A DNA stretch of 58,913 bases from a bacterium (GTDB lineage: Bacteria > CLD3 > SB21), in contig JABWCP010000019.1 of assembly GCA_013360215.1 (NCBI GenBank), forward strand, positions 1 to 58,913, in the 5' to 3' direction. The position numbers and the translations under genes were made by a program. The first letter of the stretch is position 1. Each line of letters begins with the position of its first letter. Shown piece by piece: positions 20,805 through 32,000 of the stretch. The notes below the pieces were generated by a model. That model was not told the DNA's origin. It was given only the letters and a program-made list of their open reading frames with translations, and made no database searches.

Positions 20805-21089
20805 TTATTCTTCTTCGCGATTGAGATATTCGTGCTTGATTTTACCAGCGAGCAATTCATCCAACGCCGTTGCGACAGGTTTGGGAAGTTTTTCCAAATC
20901 TAAAATATCATCGCGGTTAATTTTTACTTCTTCACCATCCATAGCTTCATCGCCTTCTGTCAACGTGCGCACATGTATCATTTGTTCGTCATTGATCTGA
21001 CGTGCACGACGCGCCGCAACGATCACGGCTTCGTAGACATTTTCGATCGATGCATCAATTTTATCAAAGGGAAACGCTTTGACCGGCAT
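20805..21089 (-). CDS. rpoZ: RNA polymerase omega subunit
   Basis: NVYEAVIVAARRARQIN and PKPVATALDEL motifs; upstream of coaBC. Confidence 0.9.
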   Translation of the reverse strand: MPVKAFPFDKIDASIENVYEAVIVAARRARQINDEQMIHVRTLTEGDEAMDGEEVKINRDDILDLEKLPKPVATALDELLAGKIKHEYLNREEE

Positions 21090-21139
21090 CGTGAACTCCT
21101 TATTGAAATTATTACACTTATATTGCCAAATGGGACGCC

Positions 21140-21168
21140 AATATAGACGTTTTGTCCTATTCGCGCAA
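21140..21168 (-). promoter_or_regulatory. Sigma70-type promoter of rpoZ-coaBC-gltX
   Basis: TTGCGC, 17 bp, TATATT. Confidence 0.65.
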
Positions 21169-21323
21169 TAGAAAAATATATATTCATCATTATTTCTAAT
21201 AATAACGAATACCCGATCTCTGATTTCTAATTTTTATAGACGGTTTATATACAATTTTTAGTGCTTGTGAAGTATTAACCAATAATCTTATAGCTTTGTC
21301 TTCAGGTGATGGCAAGCTTCGAT

Positions 21324-21356
21324 AAAAAAAGCTCCGAAATTAGTTTTCGGAGCTTT
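21324..21356 (-). terminator. Rho-independent terminator of gcvP
   Basis: AAAGCTCCGAAA-N5-TTTCGGAGCTTT stem with U7 tract on minus strand. Confidence 0.85.
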
Positions 21357-21380
21357 CGAATATCTGTTATTTAAATCGTG

Positions 21381-24245
21381 TCATGCATACGATTCTACCG
21401 GCGGGCAACTGCAAATCAGATTGCGGTCGCCGTACGCATCATTGACGCGGCCGACGGAAGGCCATATTTTATTGGTACGCAACGTCGGCAATGGGAACGC
21501 TGCTGTTTCTCTTGTATAAGCGTGCGTCCATGTATCGGAAACCACCGTTTCAGCCGTATGCGGTGCATGTTTGAGCACGTTATCTTCTTTGTGCGCTTGA
21601 CCATTTTCGATTTCTCGAATTTCATTGCGTATGGATATCATCGCTTCACAAAAACGATCCAGCTCGGATTTGGGTTCGGACTCTGTCGGTTCCACCATCA
21701 GCGTACCGGCCACCGGAAACGAAACAGTCGGCGCATGAAATCCGTAATCCATCAGACGTTTGGCCATATCAATTACTTCGATATTGGCGGTTGTTTTAAA
21801 CCCGCGTGTATCCATGATCATCTCATGCGCTACAAAACCGTTTTTCCCGACGTAGAGCACATCGTAGTGATCTTTGAGACGTGCACGAATATAGTTGGCG
21901 TTGAGAATGGCATATTGGGTCGCATCGGTCAATCCCGCCGCGCCCATCAGACGGATGTACACGTATGATATGAGGAGAATGCTGGCACTGCCCCATGGCG
22001 CTGCCGAAACCGCCGTCATCGCTTTATTACCACCTGTTTTGACTACCGCATGACCCGGTAAAAATGGAACAAGATGTTTGGCAACACAGATCGGACCCAT
22101 GCCGGGGCCACCGCCGCCGTGCGGAATACAAAATGTTTTATGTAAATTGAGGTGGCACACATCCGCGCCGATCATTGCCGGACTGGTAAGGCCGACTTGT
22201 GCATTCATATTTGCACCATCCATATAAACCTGGCCGCCATTGGCATGAATGATCTCGCATATTTCATGAATGGCTTCTTCAAATACACCGTGCGTCGAAG
22301 GATAAGTCACCATCAGAGCCGCGAGTTCATTTTTGTATTGCTCGGCTTTAGCGCGCAAATCTTTCACATCTATATTTCCCATATCATCGCATTTTACGAC
22401 GACGACTTGCATTCCGGCCATCACGGCGCTCGCAGGGTTCGTGCCGTGCGCCGAGGACGGGATCAATGCGACATGACGATGCGACTGGCCGATGCTTTTC
22501 AGATATTCACGGATCACAAGTAAACCGGTATACTCGCCCTGCGCACCCGCGTTGGGTTGCAGCGAAGTACCGGCAAATCCGGTGATCGCATTAAGATACG
22601 ACTCCAGTTCGCTAAAAAGCTGTTGATAGCCGGCCGTTTGATCCGACGGAGCAAACGGATGCAGGCCGCCAAACTCGGCCCAGGTTACCGGTTCCATCTC
22701 GGTGGTCGCATTCAGTTTCATAGTACACGAACCGAGAGGGATCATCGAATTGGCCAACGACACATCTTTCAATTCCAAATATTTGATGTATCGCAGCATT
22801 TCGGTTTCACTGTGATACGTATTGAATACCGGATGTGTAAGGTAAGCGCTTTGACGAACAAATGGTTTACCCCACGACGGCGTTTGTAAATCCGAATGTT
22901 TTACAGTGACCGAAGCGGATTTCGCTTTAGCAAAAATTTGTGTCAGAATTTCTATATCTTTTGCACCGGTCGTCTCATCCACGGCGATCGTGATTGTTTG
23001 CGATCCGTGGTAACACAGATTGATTTGTGCTGCCAGTGCCGCGCTTCGAATCGCATCATACGTTTTGGCATCGCCGGTATCAATTTTGATCGTATCAAAA
23101 TACACCGCGTTCAACTGACGGTAACCGGCGGACACGAGCGCACCGGCAAGTGTTACGGCACGATTGTGAACGCGTAAGCCGATTTCCCTCATCCCTTTGG
23201 GACCGTGGTAAACTGCGTACATACCGGCCATATTGGCCAACAATACTTGCGCTGTACAAATATTACTCGTCGCCTTTTCACGGCGAATATGCTGTTCTCG
23301 TGTCTGCAACGACATACGTAATGCACGTTTGTTATTCGCATCAATGGTCACCCCGATAATACGACCCGGCATCTTACGTTTAAATTCATCTTTCGTCGCA
23401 AAAAAAGCCGCATGCGGTCCGCCGTAACCCATAGGAACACCCAGACGCTGCGTGGATCCGACAACGACATCCGCACCCCATTCACCGGGCGGTGTTAACA
23501 GCGTGAGGGCCAATATGTCCGCCGCTACGGCGACGTAAATACCTTGTTCGTGGCATTGCTGTGTAAATGCGGCGTAATCATAGATCGCGCCATCCGCTGC
23601 GGGATATTGGATCAACGCGCCGAAATATTCTTTCGAAGGTTTAAACGTCGTATGATCGCCGACCACGATTTCGATGCCCAAAGGATTGGCGCGTGTTTTC
23701 ATCACATCTATCGTTTGCGCAAAACACGACGAGGCAACAAAAAATTTATTGCCGGTACCTTCATTGGCGGACGCATGGAACATGTGCATGGACTCCGCCG
23801 CAGCCGTACCCTCATCCAGGAGCGAAGCGTTGGCAATTTCCATTTTGGTGAGGTCCATGACCATGGTTTGATAATTCAGCAACGCTTCCAGGCGGCCTTG
23901 CGCGATTTCAGCCTGATACGGCGTGTACTGTGTGTACCAACTCGGGTTTTCCAGTATGTTCCGCAGAATTACGCCGGGCGTGATCGTATCATAATAGCCT
24001 TGCCCGATGTACGACTTGTAAATTTTATTTTTTGCCGCTAAAGCACGCAGTTCAGCGAGCATCTCATATTCACCGATGGCCGGGGGCAAATTCATCGGCG
24101 AAGTCAGTCGAATGGAAGGGGGAACGGTTTTTTCGATCAGTTCATCCAAGGAGCCCACACCGATGGCCTGGAGCATGGACTTCAAATCCTCTGCGCGTGG
24201 TCCGATATGACGCTTTTGGAAGCTGTCGTTATGCAACGTATTCAT
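21381..24245 (-). CDS. gcvP: Glycine dehydrogenase (decarboxylating), single-chain P protein
   Basis: [26 protein letters not shown] and [18 protein letters not shown] motifs. Confidence 0.98.
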   Translation of the reverse strand: MNTLHNDSFQKRHIGPRAEDLKSMLQAIGVGSLDELIEKTVPPSIRLTSPMNLPPAIGEYEMLAELRALAAKNKIYKSYIGQGYYDTITPGVILRNILENPSWYTQYTPYQAEIAQGRLEALLNYQTMVMDLTKMEIANASLLDEGTAAAESMHMFHASANEGTGNKFFVASSCFAQTIDVMKTRANPLGIEIVVGDHTTFKPSKEYFGALIQYPAADGAIYDYAAFTQQCHEQGIYVAVAADILALTLLTPPGEWGADVVVGSTQRLGVPMGYGGPHAAFFATKDEFKRKMPGRIIGVTIDANNKRALRMSLQTREQHIRREKATSNICTAQVLLANMAGMYAVYHGPKGMREIGLRVHNRAVTLAGALVSAGYRQLNAVYFDTIKIDTGDAKTYDAIRSAALAAQINLCYHGSQTITIAVDETTGAKDIEILTQIFAKAKSASVTVKHSDLQTPSWGKPFVRQSAYLTHPVFNTYHSETEMLRYIKYLELKDVSLANSMIPLGSCTMKLNATTEMEPVTWAEFGGLHPFAPSDQTAGYQQLFSELESYLNAITGFAGTSLQPNAGAQGEYTGLLVIREYLKSIGQSHRHVALIPSSAHGTNPASAVMAGMQVVVVKCDDMGNIDVKDLRAKAEQYKNELAALMVTYPSTHGVFEEAIHEICEIIHANGGQVYMDGANMNAQVGLTSPAMIGADVCHLNLHKTFCIPHGGGGPGMGPICVAKHLVPFLPGHAVVKTGGNKAMTAVSAAPWGSASILLISYVYIRLMGAAGLTDATQYAILNANYIRARLKDHYDVLYVGKNGFVAHEMIMDTRGFKTTANIEVIDMAKRLMDYGFHAPTVSFPVAGTLMVEPTESEPKSELDRFCEAMISIRNEIREIENGQAHKEDNVLKHAPHTAETVVSDTWTHAYTRETAAFPLPTLRTNKIWPSVGRVNDAYGDRNLICSCPPVESYA

Positions 24246-24281
24246 ATTAACTCCTTATGGGAAAATTCGATATAAGCGGGA

Positions 24282-25319
24282 TTACTTGCGGGCAAAAAAT
24301 ACATAGTCTTGATTTGAGCGGTTTTGCAATAAGGATCGTTCAAAAGCTTCGATGAGATCGGCTTCCGTGCGCACCCAGTCATGATTTAATCCGGTCAACG
24401 ATATTTTTGCACGGATTCGGATTTCTTTTTTATCCAGTTCATTTATTTTTTCAGACGGAATAAGATCATCGTAAATGGGAAATGGGTATGCGGCTACGGC
24501 TTCCACGATCATACGCGCTTTGATCAACGCACTGTCTTCGGAAGTGTGCGTAAAAATAACGGCAAATTTACCGCCATCAAAACGCGTCACAATATCGGAA
24601 TTACGGACGCTATTGACCAACAGGCTGGCCATTTCCTTAAGAATGACGTCGGCTTGCGGTACACCGTACTGTTCGTTAATGCCGCTATAGTTGACGATAT
24701 CTACCATCGCCGCACTGGCTTCGGCTTTGTAGCGTTTGACCGCGCTGATTTCCTTATTGATGCGTTGGTGAAAATATTTACGATTGAAAAGCGCCGTGAG
24801 CGGATCCGTTACCGTAAGCGACTTCAGATGTTCGGTTTTTTCTTCGAGCTTATTATTTACTTTTTTTAGTTCTTCATTATGCTGTTGAAGCTCCGCTTTC
24901 ATGCGATCAAGTTTGCTGACTTCCTGGAGCAAACTATCGTATAGAACTTTATTGCGCAGGAGTGCTTTTACTTTGATCGCCAGTTCACGCGGATCGTACG
25001 GCTGGATCACATAATCATCACCGCCTTTTTCAAACCCATGAACCTGATCAACAAACTCTTTAAGATTGGCCGTAACAAAAACAATGGGCAGATGCGCGGA
25101 AATTTTTCGAATACTTTCACAAATCTCAAATCCGTCAATGCCCGGCAAACGTACGTCCAGCAACATGATATCGGGATCGTGCGCCGTTACGGAGCCCAAT
25201 GCATCTTCGCCGCTGTGCGCTTCAAAAAACACATACTCCGGCCGTTGCAACGTTTTGCGCAGGGAGTACACATGGTCGGGATTATCGTCAACGATTAAGA
25301 TTTTATACGTGCGGCTCAT
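24282..25319 (-). CDS. Response regulator: REC, coiled coil, degenerate GGDEF domain
   Basis: ILIVDD...LLDVRLP receiver; TDPLTALFNR; RNSDIVTRFDGGKF in place of RxxD...RxGGDEF. Confidence 0.88.
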   Translation of the reverse strand: MSRTYKILIVDDNPDHVYSLRKTLQRPEYVFFEAHSGEDALGSVTAHDPDIMLLDVRLPGIDGFEICESIRKISAHLPIVFVTANLKEFVDQVHGFEKGGDDYVIQPYDPRELAIKVKALLRNKVLYDSLLQEVSKLDRMKAELQQHNEELKKVNNKLEEKTEHLKSLTVTDPLTALFNRKYFHQRINKEISAVKRYKAEASAAMVDIVNYSGINEQYGVPQADVILKEMASLLVNSVRNSDIVTRFDGGKFAVIFTHTSEDSALIKARMIVEAVAAYPFPIYDDLIPSEKINELDKKEIRIRAKISLTGLNHDWVRTEADLIEAFERSLLQNRSNQDYVFFARK

Positions 25320-27526
25320 GGTTTTGCGGCGTTACGCTCAGCCTCCATGATGCGGTGAATTTGCTCCAGTAATTTTTCGCGTGAGAATGCGCTTTTCTGG
25401 AAAATATAATAATGGTTACCTGAAAGTTTCCGATGATCTTCCTGCGTAAGTAATTTGCCGGTCAATACGAGTACCGGTAAATTTTGTGTGATCGGGTCAC
25501 TCTGTAAACTCGATAAAACGGCAAAGCCGTCAATCTGCGGCATCATCAAATCAAGAATTACCAAGTCGTAGGATTTGCGTCGGGCCGCCTGGATGGCTTT
25601 TTCACCGCTGGTCGCGACCTCTGATAAAAAATCATCGCTCTCCAAAATTTCTTCGATCAGTTCGGCCTGTGACAAGTCGTCATCCACGATCAAAATTTTA
25701 CGCAATCCCTTCATCTCCGTCAGCTTTTGAATGCGTTTCATAAACGCATCACGCTGTACGGGTTTTACCAAATAATCCGACGTACCGAGGCTGTATCCGA
25801 GTTTCTTATTGTCAATCATCGAAACGATGGCCACCGGAATATTTTTAGTATCGGGATTTTTCTTCAGTTCCTGCAGCACTTCCCAACCGTCTTTGCGCGG
25901 CATCATGATATCCAGAGTGATAACGTTCGGACGATATTGCGCAGATTTGACCAACGCCGTTTCGCCGTCTTGCGCGAAAAGAATATTGTAATGTTCTTCT
26001 TCAAAATATTTCCGAAACGCATACAACGTTTCTTTATCATCATCTACCAAAAGTACAGTTTTTTTAGCCGAATCGATCGCGCTGTCGGTTATAAGTTGGT
26101 CCGCTTCATCTTGCTTGCGGGTAAACATGGCCTCAATTTCTTGCGCACTAAACGGCTTGCTCGAGTCACCGCGTTTTTTGGCCGGAAGAATAAATTTGAA
26201 TGTTGAACCTTTTCCGATTTCGCTTTCGACGGAAATTTTACCGCCGAGCAGCTCCACCATACGTTTGGTTACAGCAAGCCCCAACCCGGTGCCGCCGTAT
26301 TTTCGGGTGGCCGAACCGTCGAGTTGCCGAAAGGGATCAAAAATTTTTTCGTAGTTTTCGCGATCAATGCCGATACCCGTATCAATTACCGAGAATTCGA
26401 GAACATCGGCAAATTTGGTGGGACGAACTTGCAATCGCACTTTGCCGTGCGGAGTGAACTTGATCGCATTGGATAAAAGATTGAGCAGTATTTGTTTGAG
26501 CTTATTTTCATCGGTGCTGTGAATGTCCAGTGTCTCATCAACATCCACTTCCATTTCCAGATTGGATTCACGCACCATCGGCAGAACGGTCATACGAATA
26601 CTGTCGGCAAATTCACGAACGGCGTATTCTGCAAAAAATACATCCATTTTGCCGGACTCGATTTTGGAAAGATCCAAAATATCGTTGATCAAGGCCAGCA
26701 AATTTTTGCCGCTTTTTTCGATAATGCGAATTTGTTTTTCCTGTTCCTCGGTCAATTCACCGTCCATACGCGCCAGCAGAATGCTTGATAACGCCATGAT
26801 GGAGTTAAGCGGCGTACGCAGTTCGTGGCTCATATTGGAAAGAAACTGGGACTTAAGCTGGTTGGCTTCGACGACATCGCGTCGCATTTCCTCAAGGCGG
26901 CGGTACGCATTTTCGAGTTCCTGATTTTTTTCTTCAAACTCGAATTTCTTCTTTTCTATATCACGGTACACGACCGCAATATGCCGTTCATACGTGACAT
27001 CACGAAATTTCCAAAGGCGACCGACGATTTTTCCCCGTTCATCGGGTATCGGTAAAATCTGTCGGAGAAAAAAACGACCCGACATGTGTGTGAATTCGAT
27101 TTCATCCGACACGATGTAGTTTTCGTTGTCAATCAGGTCACGTTCTTTAGTAAATCGTTCCGCCTCGCGGACCAGTGATGTAAATCGCATCACTAAATCC
27201 GATTCTTTCCATGACGTCAGTGTCGGTTCGTCCGCATTGAACAAATCGCAGAACTTGGCATTCACGGCTACGATACGACGTTGATGATCAATCACCAATA
27301 TGCCGGATGCCGCCGAATCCAATAATGCGCGAATCATCGGTGTGATGACCGACGAAGGCGTCTTTTGTGCTGAAAGAATTACGGAGGAAGAAGAGCGGGG
27401 CTTGCTTTTTTTAGTCGCTGTAGTTGATTTCTTTTTGGATTTTGATTGCACGGGCTTTGCCGTACGCGAGGCCACGGTCTTTTTGGAAGATCGTTTTTTG
27501 AGCGACGTTTTTTTTCTAGATTTCAT
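25316..27526 (-). CDS. Cytoplasmic hybrid histidine kinase (PAS, HisKA, HATPase, two REC domains) with Lys/Ser-rich N-terminus
   Basis: [10 protein letters not shown]-box; [16 protein letters not shown] and GGTGLGL boxes; two receiver domains; no TM segment. Confidence 0.94.
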   Translation of the reverse strand: MKSRKKTSLKKRSSKKTVASRTAKPVQSKSKKKSTTATKKSKPRSSSSVILSAQKTPSSVITPMIRALLDSAASGILVIDHQRRIVAVNAKFCDLFNADEPTLTSWKESDLVMRFTSLVREAERFTKERDLIDNENYIVSDEIEFTHMSGRFFLRQILPIPDERGKIVGRLWKFRDVTYERHIAVVYRDIEKKKFEFEEKNQELENAYRRLEEMRRDVVEANQLKSQFLSNMSHELRTPLNSIMALSSILLARMDGELTEEQEKQIRIIEKSGKNLLALINDILDLSKIESGKMDVFFAEYAVREFADSIRMTVLPMVRESNLEMEVDVDETLDIHSTDENKLKQILLNLLSNAIKFTPHGKVRLQVRPTKFADVLEFSVIDTGIGIDRENYEKIFDPFRQLDGSATRKYGGTGLGLAVTKRMVELLGGKISVESEIGKGSTFKFILPAKKRGDSSKPFSAQEIEAMFTRKQDEADQLITDSAIDSAKKTVLLVDDDKETLYAFRKYFEEEHYNILFAQDGETALVKSAQYRPNVITLDIMMPRKDGWEVLQELKKNPDTKNIPVAIVSMIDNKKLGYSLGTSDYLVKPVQRDAFMKRIQKLTEMKGLRKILIVDDDLSQAELIEEILESDDFLSEVATSGEKAIQAARRKSYDLVILDLMMPQIDGFAVLSSLQSDPITQNLPVLVLTGKLLTQEDHRKLSGNHYYIFQKSAFSREKLLEQIHRIMEAERNAAKP

Positions 27527-27550
27527 AGTGCAAAGCCGTGTGAAGTCCGA

Positions 27551-27931
27551 TTAATGCGCTGTTGATTCGCGGTATTTATTTGCCGATAAAAGACTTGATT
27601 TAGCGCTCATATCGGAAACTTTGATTTTTACAATCCAACCGTTACCGTACGGATCGCTGTTTATTGTTTCGGCTTTGTCGGCCAGTACGCCGTTTACTTC
27701 GATCACTTCACCCGAGAATGGTGCATACAGATCGCTTACAGTTTTTACCGCTTCGACGGAACCAAAGGGCTGACCTGCGGTAACTTTTTTGCCAACTTCA
27801 GGGAGCTCAAGAAAAATAATATCGCCTAATTCAGATTGCGCATAATCAGACACACCGACGGTAGCTATATCGCCTTCGAGACGTACCCATTCGTGGCTTG
27901 CTGCGTAAAGTAGTTCTTCGGGAAAATTCAT
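27551..27931 (-). CDS. gcvH: Glycine cleavage system H protein
   Basis: HEW, GSVEAVKTVSD lipoyl-Lys motif, INSDPYGNGW. Confidence 0.97.
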   Translation of the reverse strand: MNFPEELLYAASHEWVRLEGDIATVGVSDYAQSELGDIIFLELPEVGKKVTAGQPFGSVEAVKTVSDLYAPFSGEVIEVNGVLADKAETINSDPYGNGWIVKIKVSDMSAKSSLLSANKYRESTAH

Positions 27932-27991
27932 GACAAGACTCCTATATAAACATTGATTCAGGGGGCAACGAAAATTACCAATCCACCATAA

Positions 27992-30403
27992 CTAACCGAC
28001 CAGCTGACTGCTCCAAAGGTACAGGCGCTTGAGTTCCAGCACTTTGCGATCCACCTTGGCATCGGTCGGATTTTTCATTTTCAGCATTTTGCAAACTTTA
28101 TAGGACATACCAAACTGGCCCGCTTGTGCAAATTTTTCAACCATCTCCATCGTCGCATCTTGCGGGTTAATGTCTTCTTCGGTGATTTCTACTTCTTCAG
28201 TGACAACCTCCGCCTCTTCTTCAGCTGTCGCCACGGCGACCGGTTTTGCAGTTTCTTCTTTTACAGCTTCGACTACCGGTTTAGGCGTTTCCTGAACGAC
28301 GGGTACTCTCGGAGGCGCTTCAGCAACAAGTGCTTTAGTTTCGACCTTCGGCGTATCTATTTGCTTCAGTTCCGTTACAAATGCTTCCGTCTGAGGCATC
28401 TCCGGTTGTTTGACCGGTTCTTCCACAGCTTTAATCTCAGGCGCCGGCTTCTCTTCCGTTTTTTCCGGAATGATTGCAGCCGGTTGTACAGCTTTAGGTA
28501 CTTCCTCCGTGACTGCATCCAACCGCGCTTCCGCGCGCTCCGCTTCATCACTTAGGCCTGCAACATATGCGGCATAGGATATCGCGGGTTCTTCGTCGGT
28601 AATTACACTTTCCGTTGAGGCAACATTTTTCGGCGTTTGCTCTTCCAAACCTTCCATCATCTGATACGTCGCGTAATCAATCGTATCATCGCAGGTATCC
28701 AACCATCCGGCAAAGGCAGCAAAACGCATGACCTCATTATCATCATCCAGCAACGCTTCGTTGCGCTCTTCATCGCTTTCGACGCGTTCGAGGTAATCGC
28801 TATAACTCATCGGCGCGTCTTCTTCGTCGATAAAATCATCATCCGATGCAGCCTGGACTTTAGCCAAACGTTCCGTGATCGCGTCGGTTTCATCATCAGC
28901 GACGACGGATTCCTCTTCATCGTCTTTGAAAAGCGATTCTTCAAGATCGGCTTCATCTGTCAGTACATCCAGATAGTCTTTGTAAGACATTTCAAGATCA
29001 TCCAGCGCCGCTTCTTGTTCTTCGGCTGTCAATATATCTTGATCGGCTACTTCGGAATAGGGTACGACTTCATTATCTTCAGCCGATGCTTTTTCAAAAA
29101 AGGCCGTCTCCTGTTCCGGCGTAATAAACACACCCGTATCTTCACCGCTGCCAAATGCCGAGTCCACATGACGATGAATGGTATCATCCTTATGTACTTC
29201 ATGTTTGTAGTCGTCCGCTTTACGCTCAGGAGGCCGTTTGACGACTTTGGGCTGCGATGCGGGTTTTTCTTCGGGTTTGGGAATTTCTTTTTTAACAGAT
29301 GGCGCCGTCGGCACTTCTTTGACAGCAGGTGTTTCGATTTTGGCGCGAATCTCTTCCGTTTTCTCTTTTGGACTTTCCGGAGCAACCTGTTTTTTGACAG
29401 TACCTCCGGCGGCGGCTATTTTTTTATCCAGCGCCGCACGATCCATGATCGCCGCACGACCGACCTTTTTCAGTTCCTGACGCTGCTTGAATTCAGCAAA
29501 CGACACTTCTTCATCATCATAAAAATACAAAATGCCTTCGCTATCGATCCACGCTGCCGACGCTTTTAATGCTTCATCCACATCGGACGTTTCGGCCGCG
29601 GTTTGTGCGACCGTCGTTGATACTTCGCTCGCCGAATCCGAAATCAATTCATCACGTTTTTCTTCCAGCACCGGCTCTGCCAAGGGCTCAGATTTTACTT
29701 CCTCCGCGACCGGAACCGCTTTTTTCTTTGTCATTTCTTTGACGATAAGATCTTCGACCATTTCGGTCGGCATCTTCAGTTCTTCTTTTTCAGCCGGAGG
29801 TTCAAAGGAAGGTTGCGCTTTTGCTGCAGGTGTTTCCGCTGTCGGTGAAGGGCGTTCCGCGGATGAAACAGGTTTCCGAACAACGGAACGCACGCCGTCC
29901 TCGTCTTCTTCTTCAGAGCGCGAAGCCTTCAGTTTTTGATATTGATCTTTAAGGTCAACAAGCGATTGGATCAGTGCTTTATTAATCGGATCGAAGCGCA
30001 ACGCCACGCGGTATTTTTGTACCGCAGAAACGACATCATCTTCTTCAAGTGCCAAATCACCGAGTAATTTATGCGCCGCTACGTGTGCCGGATGCGATTG
30101 GAGAAATTCACGAATATACTCCTGCGCCTGCTTTTTTTCACCGCGCCGGTAGTACGCCTTGGCCAAAATCAGGCGGGCCGTATCATAGTATGGAAATTTT
30201 TGTAGTCCGTCGGTAAGAATAGTTATCGCCTGATCGTACTGCCCCATGTCAAGGTACGCATCCGCAAGTTGTGCGAAGCGCACACTCTCCGGTTGATACG
30301 CCAGTTTGCTCTCAATCTGCTTGATCGCATCAATGAGCGTCACTTCAGCGAGAATCGCTTTATTGCCGACGGCGGGGACCGCCTGTTTTTCTGCTTTGGC
30401 CAT
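27992..30403 (-). CDS. TPR protein with long acidic low-complexity region
   Basis: N-terminal TPRs (FAQLADAY, LAKAYY, HKLLGD); Glu/Asp-rich middle; start placed at MAKAEK (30403) to avoid overlap with GT2. Confidence 0.85.
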   Translation of the reverse strand: MAKAEKQAVPAVGNKAILAEVTLIDAIKQIESKLAYQPESVRFAQLADAYLDMGQYDQAITILTDGLQKFPYYDTARLILAKAYYRRGEKKQAQEYIREFLQSHPAHVAAHKLLGDLALEEDDVVSAVQKYRVALRFDPINKALIQSLVDLKDQYQKLKASRSEEEDEDGVRSVVRKPVSSAERPSPTAETPAAKAQPSFEPPAEKEELKMPTEMVEDLIVKEMTKKKAVPVAEEVKSEPLAEPVLEEKRDELISDSASEVSTTVAQTAAETSDVDEALKASAAWIDSEGILYFYDDEEVSFAEFKQRQELKKVGRAAIMDRAALDKKIAAAGGTVKKQVAPESPKEKTEEIRAKIETPAVKEVPTAPSVKKEIPKPEEKPASQPKVVKRPPERKADDYKHEVHKDDTIHRHVDSAFGSGEDTGVFITPEQETAFFEKASAEDNEVVPYSEVADQDILTAEEQEAALDDLEMSYKDYLDVLTDEADLEESLFKDDEEESVVADDETDAITERLAKVQAASDDDFIDEEDAPMSYSDYLERVESDEERNEALLDDDNEVMRFAAFAGWLDTCDDTIDYATYQMMEGLEEQTPKNVASTESVITDEEPAISYAAYVAGLSDEAERAEARLDAVTEEVPKAVQPAAIIPEKTEEKPAPEIKAVEEPVKQPEMPQTEAFVTELKQIDTPKVETKALVAEAPPRVPVVQETPKPVVEAVKEETAKPVAVATAEEEAEVVTEEVEITEEDINPQDATMEMVEKFAQAGQFGMSYKVCKMLKMKNPTDAKVDRKVLELKRLYLWSSQLVG

Positions 30404-30423
30404 AGGAAAAATTGATATTCGCG

Positions 30424-31929
30424 TTATGCCGAGGCTCGGTTGTCGTAAAAATGCTTCAAGGACAGGAATACCACCATCGAAAACCCGACAAGAATCCAAA
30501 CGTTAAAAAAGATCATGCCGATGAAGTTGGCTTTTTCGGTATAGTAGTTGCGAATACCGACTACTAAAGATACCAAAATAAAAGCAAGAAACAACAATTC
30601 TATCAAAAAAAGTGCATCCAATTTCACGCCATGAAAACGTGTTTTTTCTTTGCGTTTCATCGTGCCCCATTTGGGGGTACGTACGAAGGACGACTTGATA
30701 TCAAAAAAACCTTCGATTACGGCTTTTGCATTACTGATCGAAAGTCCGATACTTCCCATCATAAGCACCGGCAAAATAACCATCTTTTTCTTCCAGTTGG
30801 GGTTGATCATTTTTTCCGAGTAGAAGAAAAATATAAACAGACCCAACATACTGAGTACGAATACCGCCATAATGTCGAGAATAACATTAAAGCGTCCGTT
30901 TTCGTTGTGTAAAAACAAAATGGAAGAATTGAGCAAACACGAAATCACGACAAAAATGTACGAAAAATTGGCCGTGAGGTGAAAAAGCGATTGGATTTTG
31001 GTCCACATCGGCAGTTCGGCTTTCAGAATTTTCGGTACTAATTTTTTCGCCGTTTCCACCGAACCTTTGGTCCAGCGGAATTGTTGCGTTTTCAATGCAT
31101 GGATACCTATCGGCAATTCGCCGGGCACCACAATATCATTCAAATAAACAAACTTCCATCCTTTGAGCTGCGCTCTGTAACTCAAATCCAAATCTTCGGT
31201 CAGCGTATCGTCGTGCCAATTACCGGCATCGGTAATACAGGATTTGCGCCAGATACCGCCGGTACCATTGAAATTAATAAAAAAGCCTGCACGGTTACGC
31301 GCCAACTGTTGAATCACAAAATGTCCGTTGAGCCCGATCGCCTGTGTTTTGGTGAGCATCGAAAAATCTTCGTTTAAATAGCCCCAGCGACTTTGCACCA
31401 TACCGATCCGGGATTGGGAAAAATGCGGCATCGCTTTACGCAGGAAATCTTTTTCCGGAATAAAATCCGCATCAAAAATCGCGACAAATTCGCCGTGCGC
31501 ATACTCCAGCGCTTCGCGCAAAGCGCCGGCTTTGTAACCTTTTCGATCCGTACGATGAAACAGACGAATCATGTAACCTTGCGCGGCCAAGCGTTCGACG
31601 CATGCCCGCGTCAGTTGGACGGTGTCATCCGTCGAATCATCCAGCACCTGAATTTCCAGTTTGTTTTTCGGCCAATCCAGCTGGCTGGTCGCCAAAATCA
31701 GCCGTTCGGCTACCGTACTTTCATTGAAAATCGGCAACTGAATCGTGATCACCGGAAGTTTTTCTTCCGGTAAGTGTACCCAGTCTTCTGACGGTTGCGG
31801 ATGATCATCACGATGCTTCAAAAAATAATAAATCATGATGAAATTGTGCATGCTGAAAACAAACAGCACCGTCATACACGCGAGGTACGCGTAGAATAAG
31901 AAAGAACCTGCATCCATGGTAAAGAACAT
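30424..31929 (-). CDS. Processive GT2 glycosyltransferase (cellulose/mannan synthase-like)
   Basis: DDS, KAG, DAD, TED and QQFRW (QxxRW) motifs; TM helices. Confidence 0.93.
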   Translation of the reverse strand: MFFTMDAGSFLFYAYLACMTVLFVFSMHNFIMIYYFLKHRDDHPQPSEDWVHLPEEKLPVITIQLPIFNESTVAERLILATSQLDWPKNKLEIQVLDDSTDDTVQLTRACVERLAAQGYMIRLFHRTDRKGYKAGALREALEYAHGEFVAIFDADFIPEKDFLRKAMPHFSQSRIGMVQSRWGYLNEDFSMLTKTQAIGLNGHFVIQQLARNRAGFFINFNGTGGIWRKSCITDAGNWHDDTLTEDLDLSYRAQLKGWKFVYLNDIVVPGELPIGIHALKTQQFRWTKGSVETAKKLVPKILKAELPMWTKIQSLFHLTANFSYIFVVISCLLNSSILFLHNENGRFNVILDIMAVFVLSMLGLFIFFFYSEKMINPNWKKKMVILPVLMMGSIGLSISNAKAVIEGFFDIKSSFVRTPKWGTMKRKEKTRFHGVKLDALFLIELLFLAFILVSLVVGIRNYYTEKANFIGMIFFNVWILVGFSMVVFLSLKHFYDNRASA

Positions 31930-31935
31930 CTCGAG

Positions 31936-31983
31936 TTTAGGGTTTAGGGTATTAGGGTTTTTTAAAGGGTAAAAAAATTAGGG
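31936..31983 (+). repeat. Degenerate TTAGGG/TTTAGGG repeats (five GGG tracts)
   Basis: tttaGGGtttaGGGtattaGGGttttttaaaGGGtaaaaaaattaGGG in the lptE-GT2 intergenic gap. Confidence 0.75.
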
Positions 31984-32000
31984 TTTTTTATTACTCATAA

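Noticed and set aside
28637-29569. 310-aa plus-strand ORF
   Set aside because: Phe/Ile-rich antisense mirror of the Glu/Asp codons in the TPR protein
30404-30499. ORF-track N-terminal extensions (also 17813-17920, 33818-33889, 39171-39245, 51553-51633, 57201-57251)
   Set aside because: They overlap neighbouring genes or promoters; downstream ATGs fit RBS position and family starts better
31936-31983. Eukaryotic telomere contamination
   Set aside because: Only two perfect TTTAGGG units, embedded seamlessly between co-oriented bacterial genes
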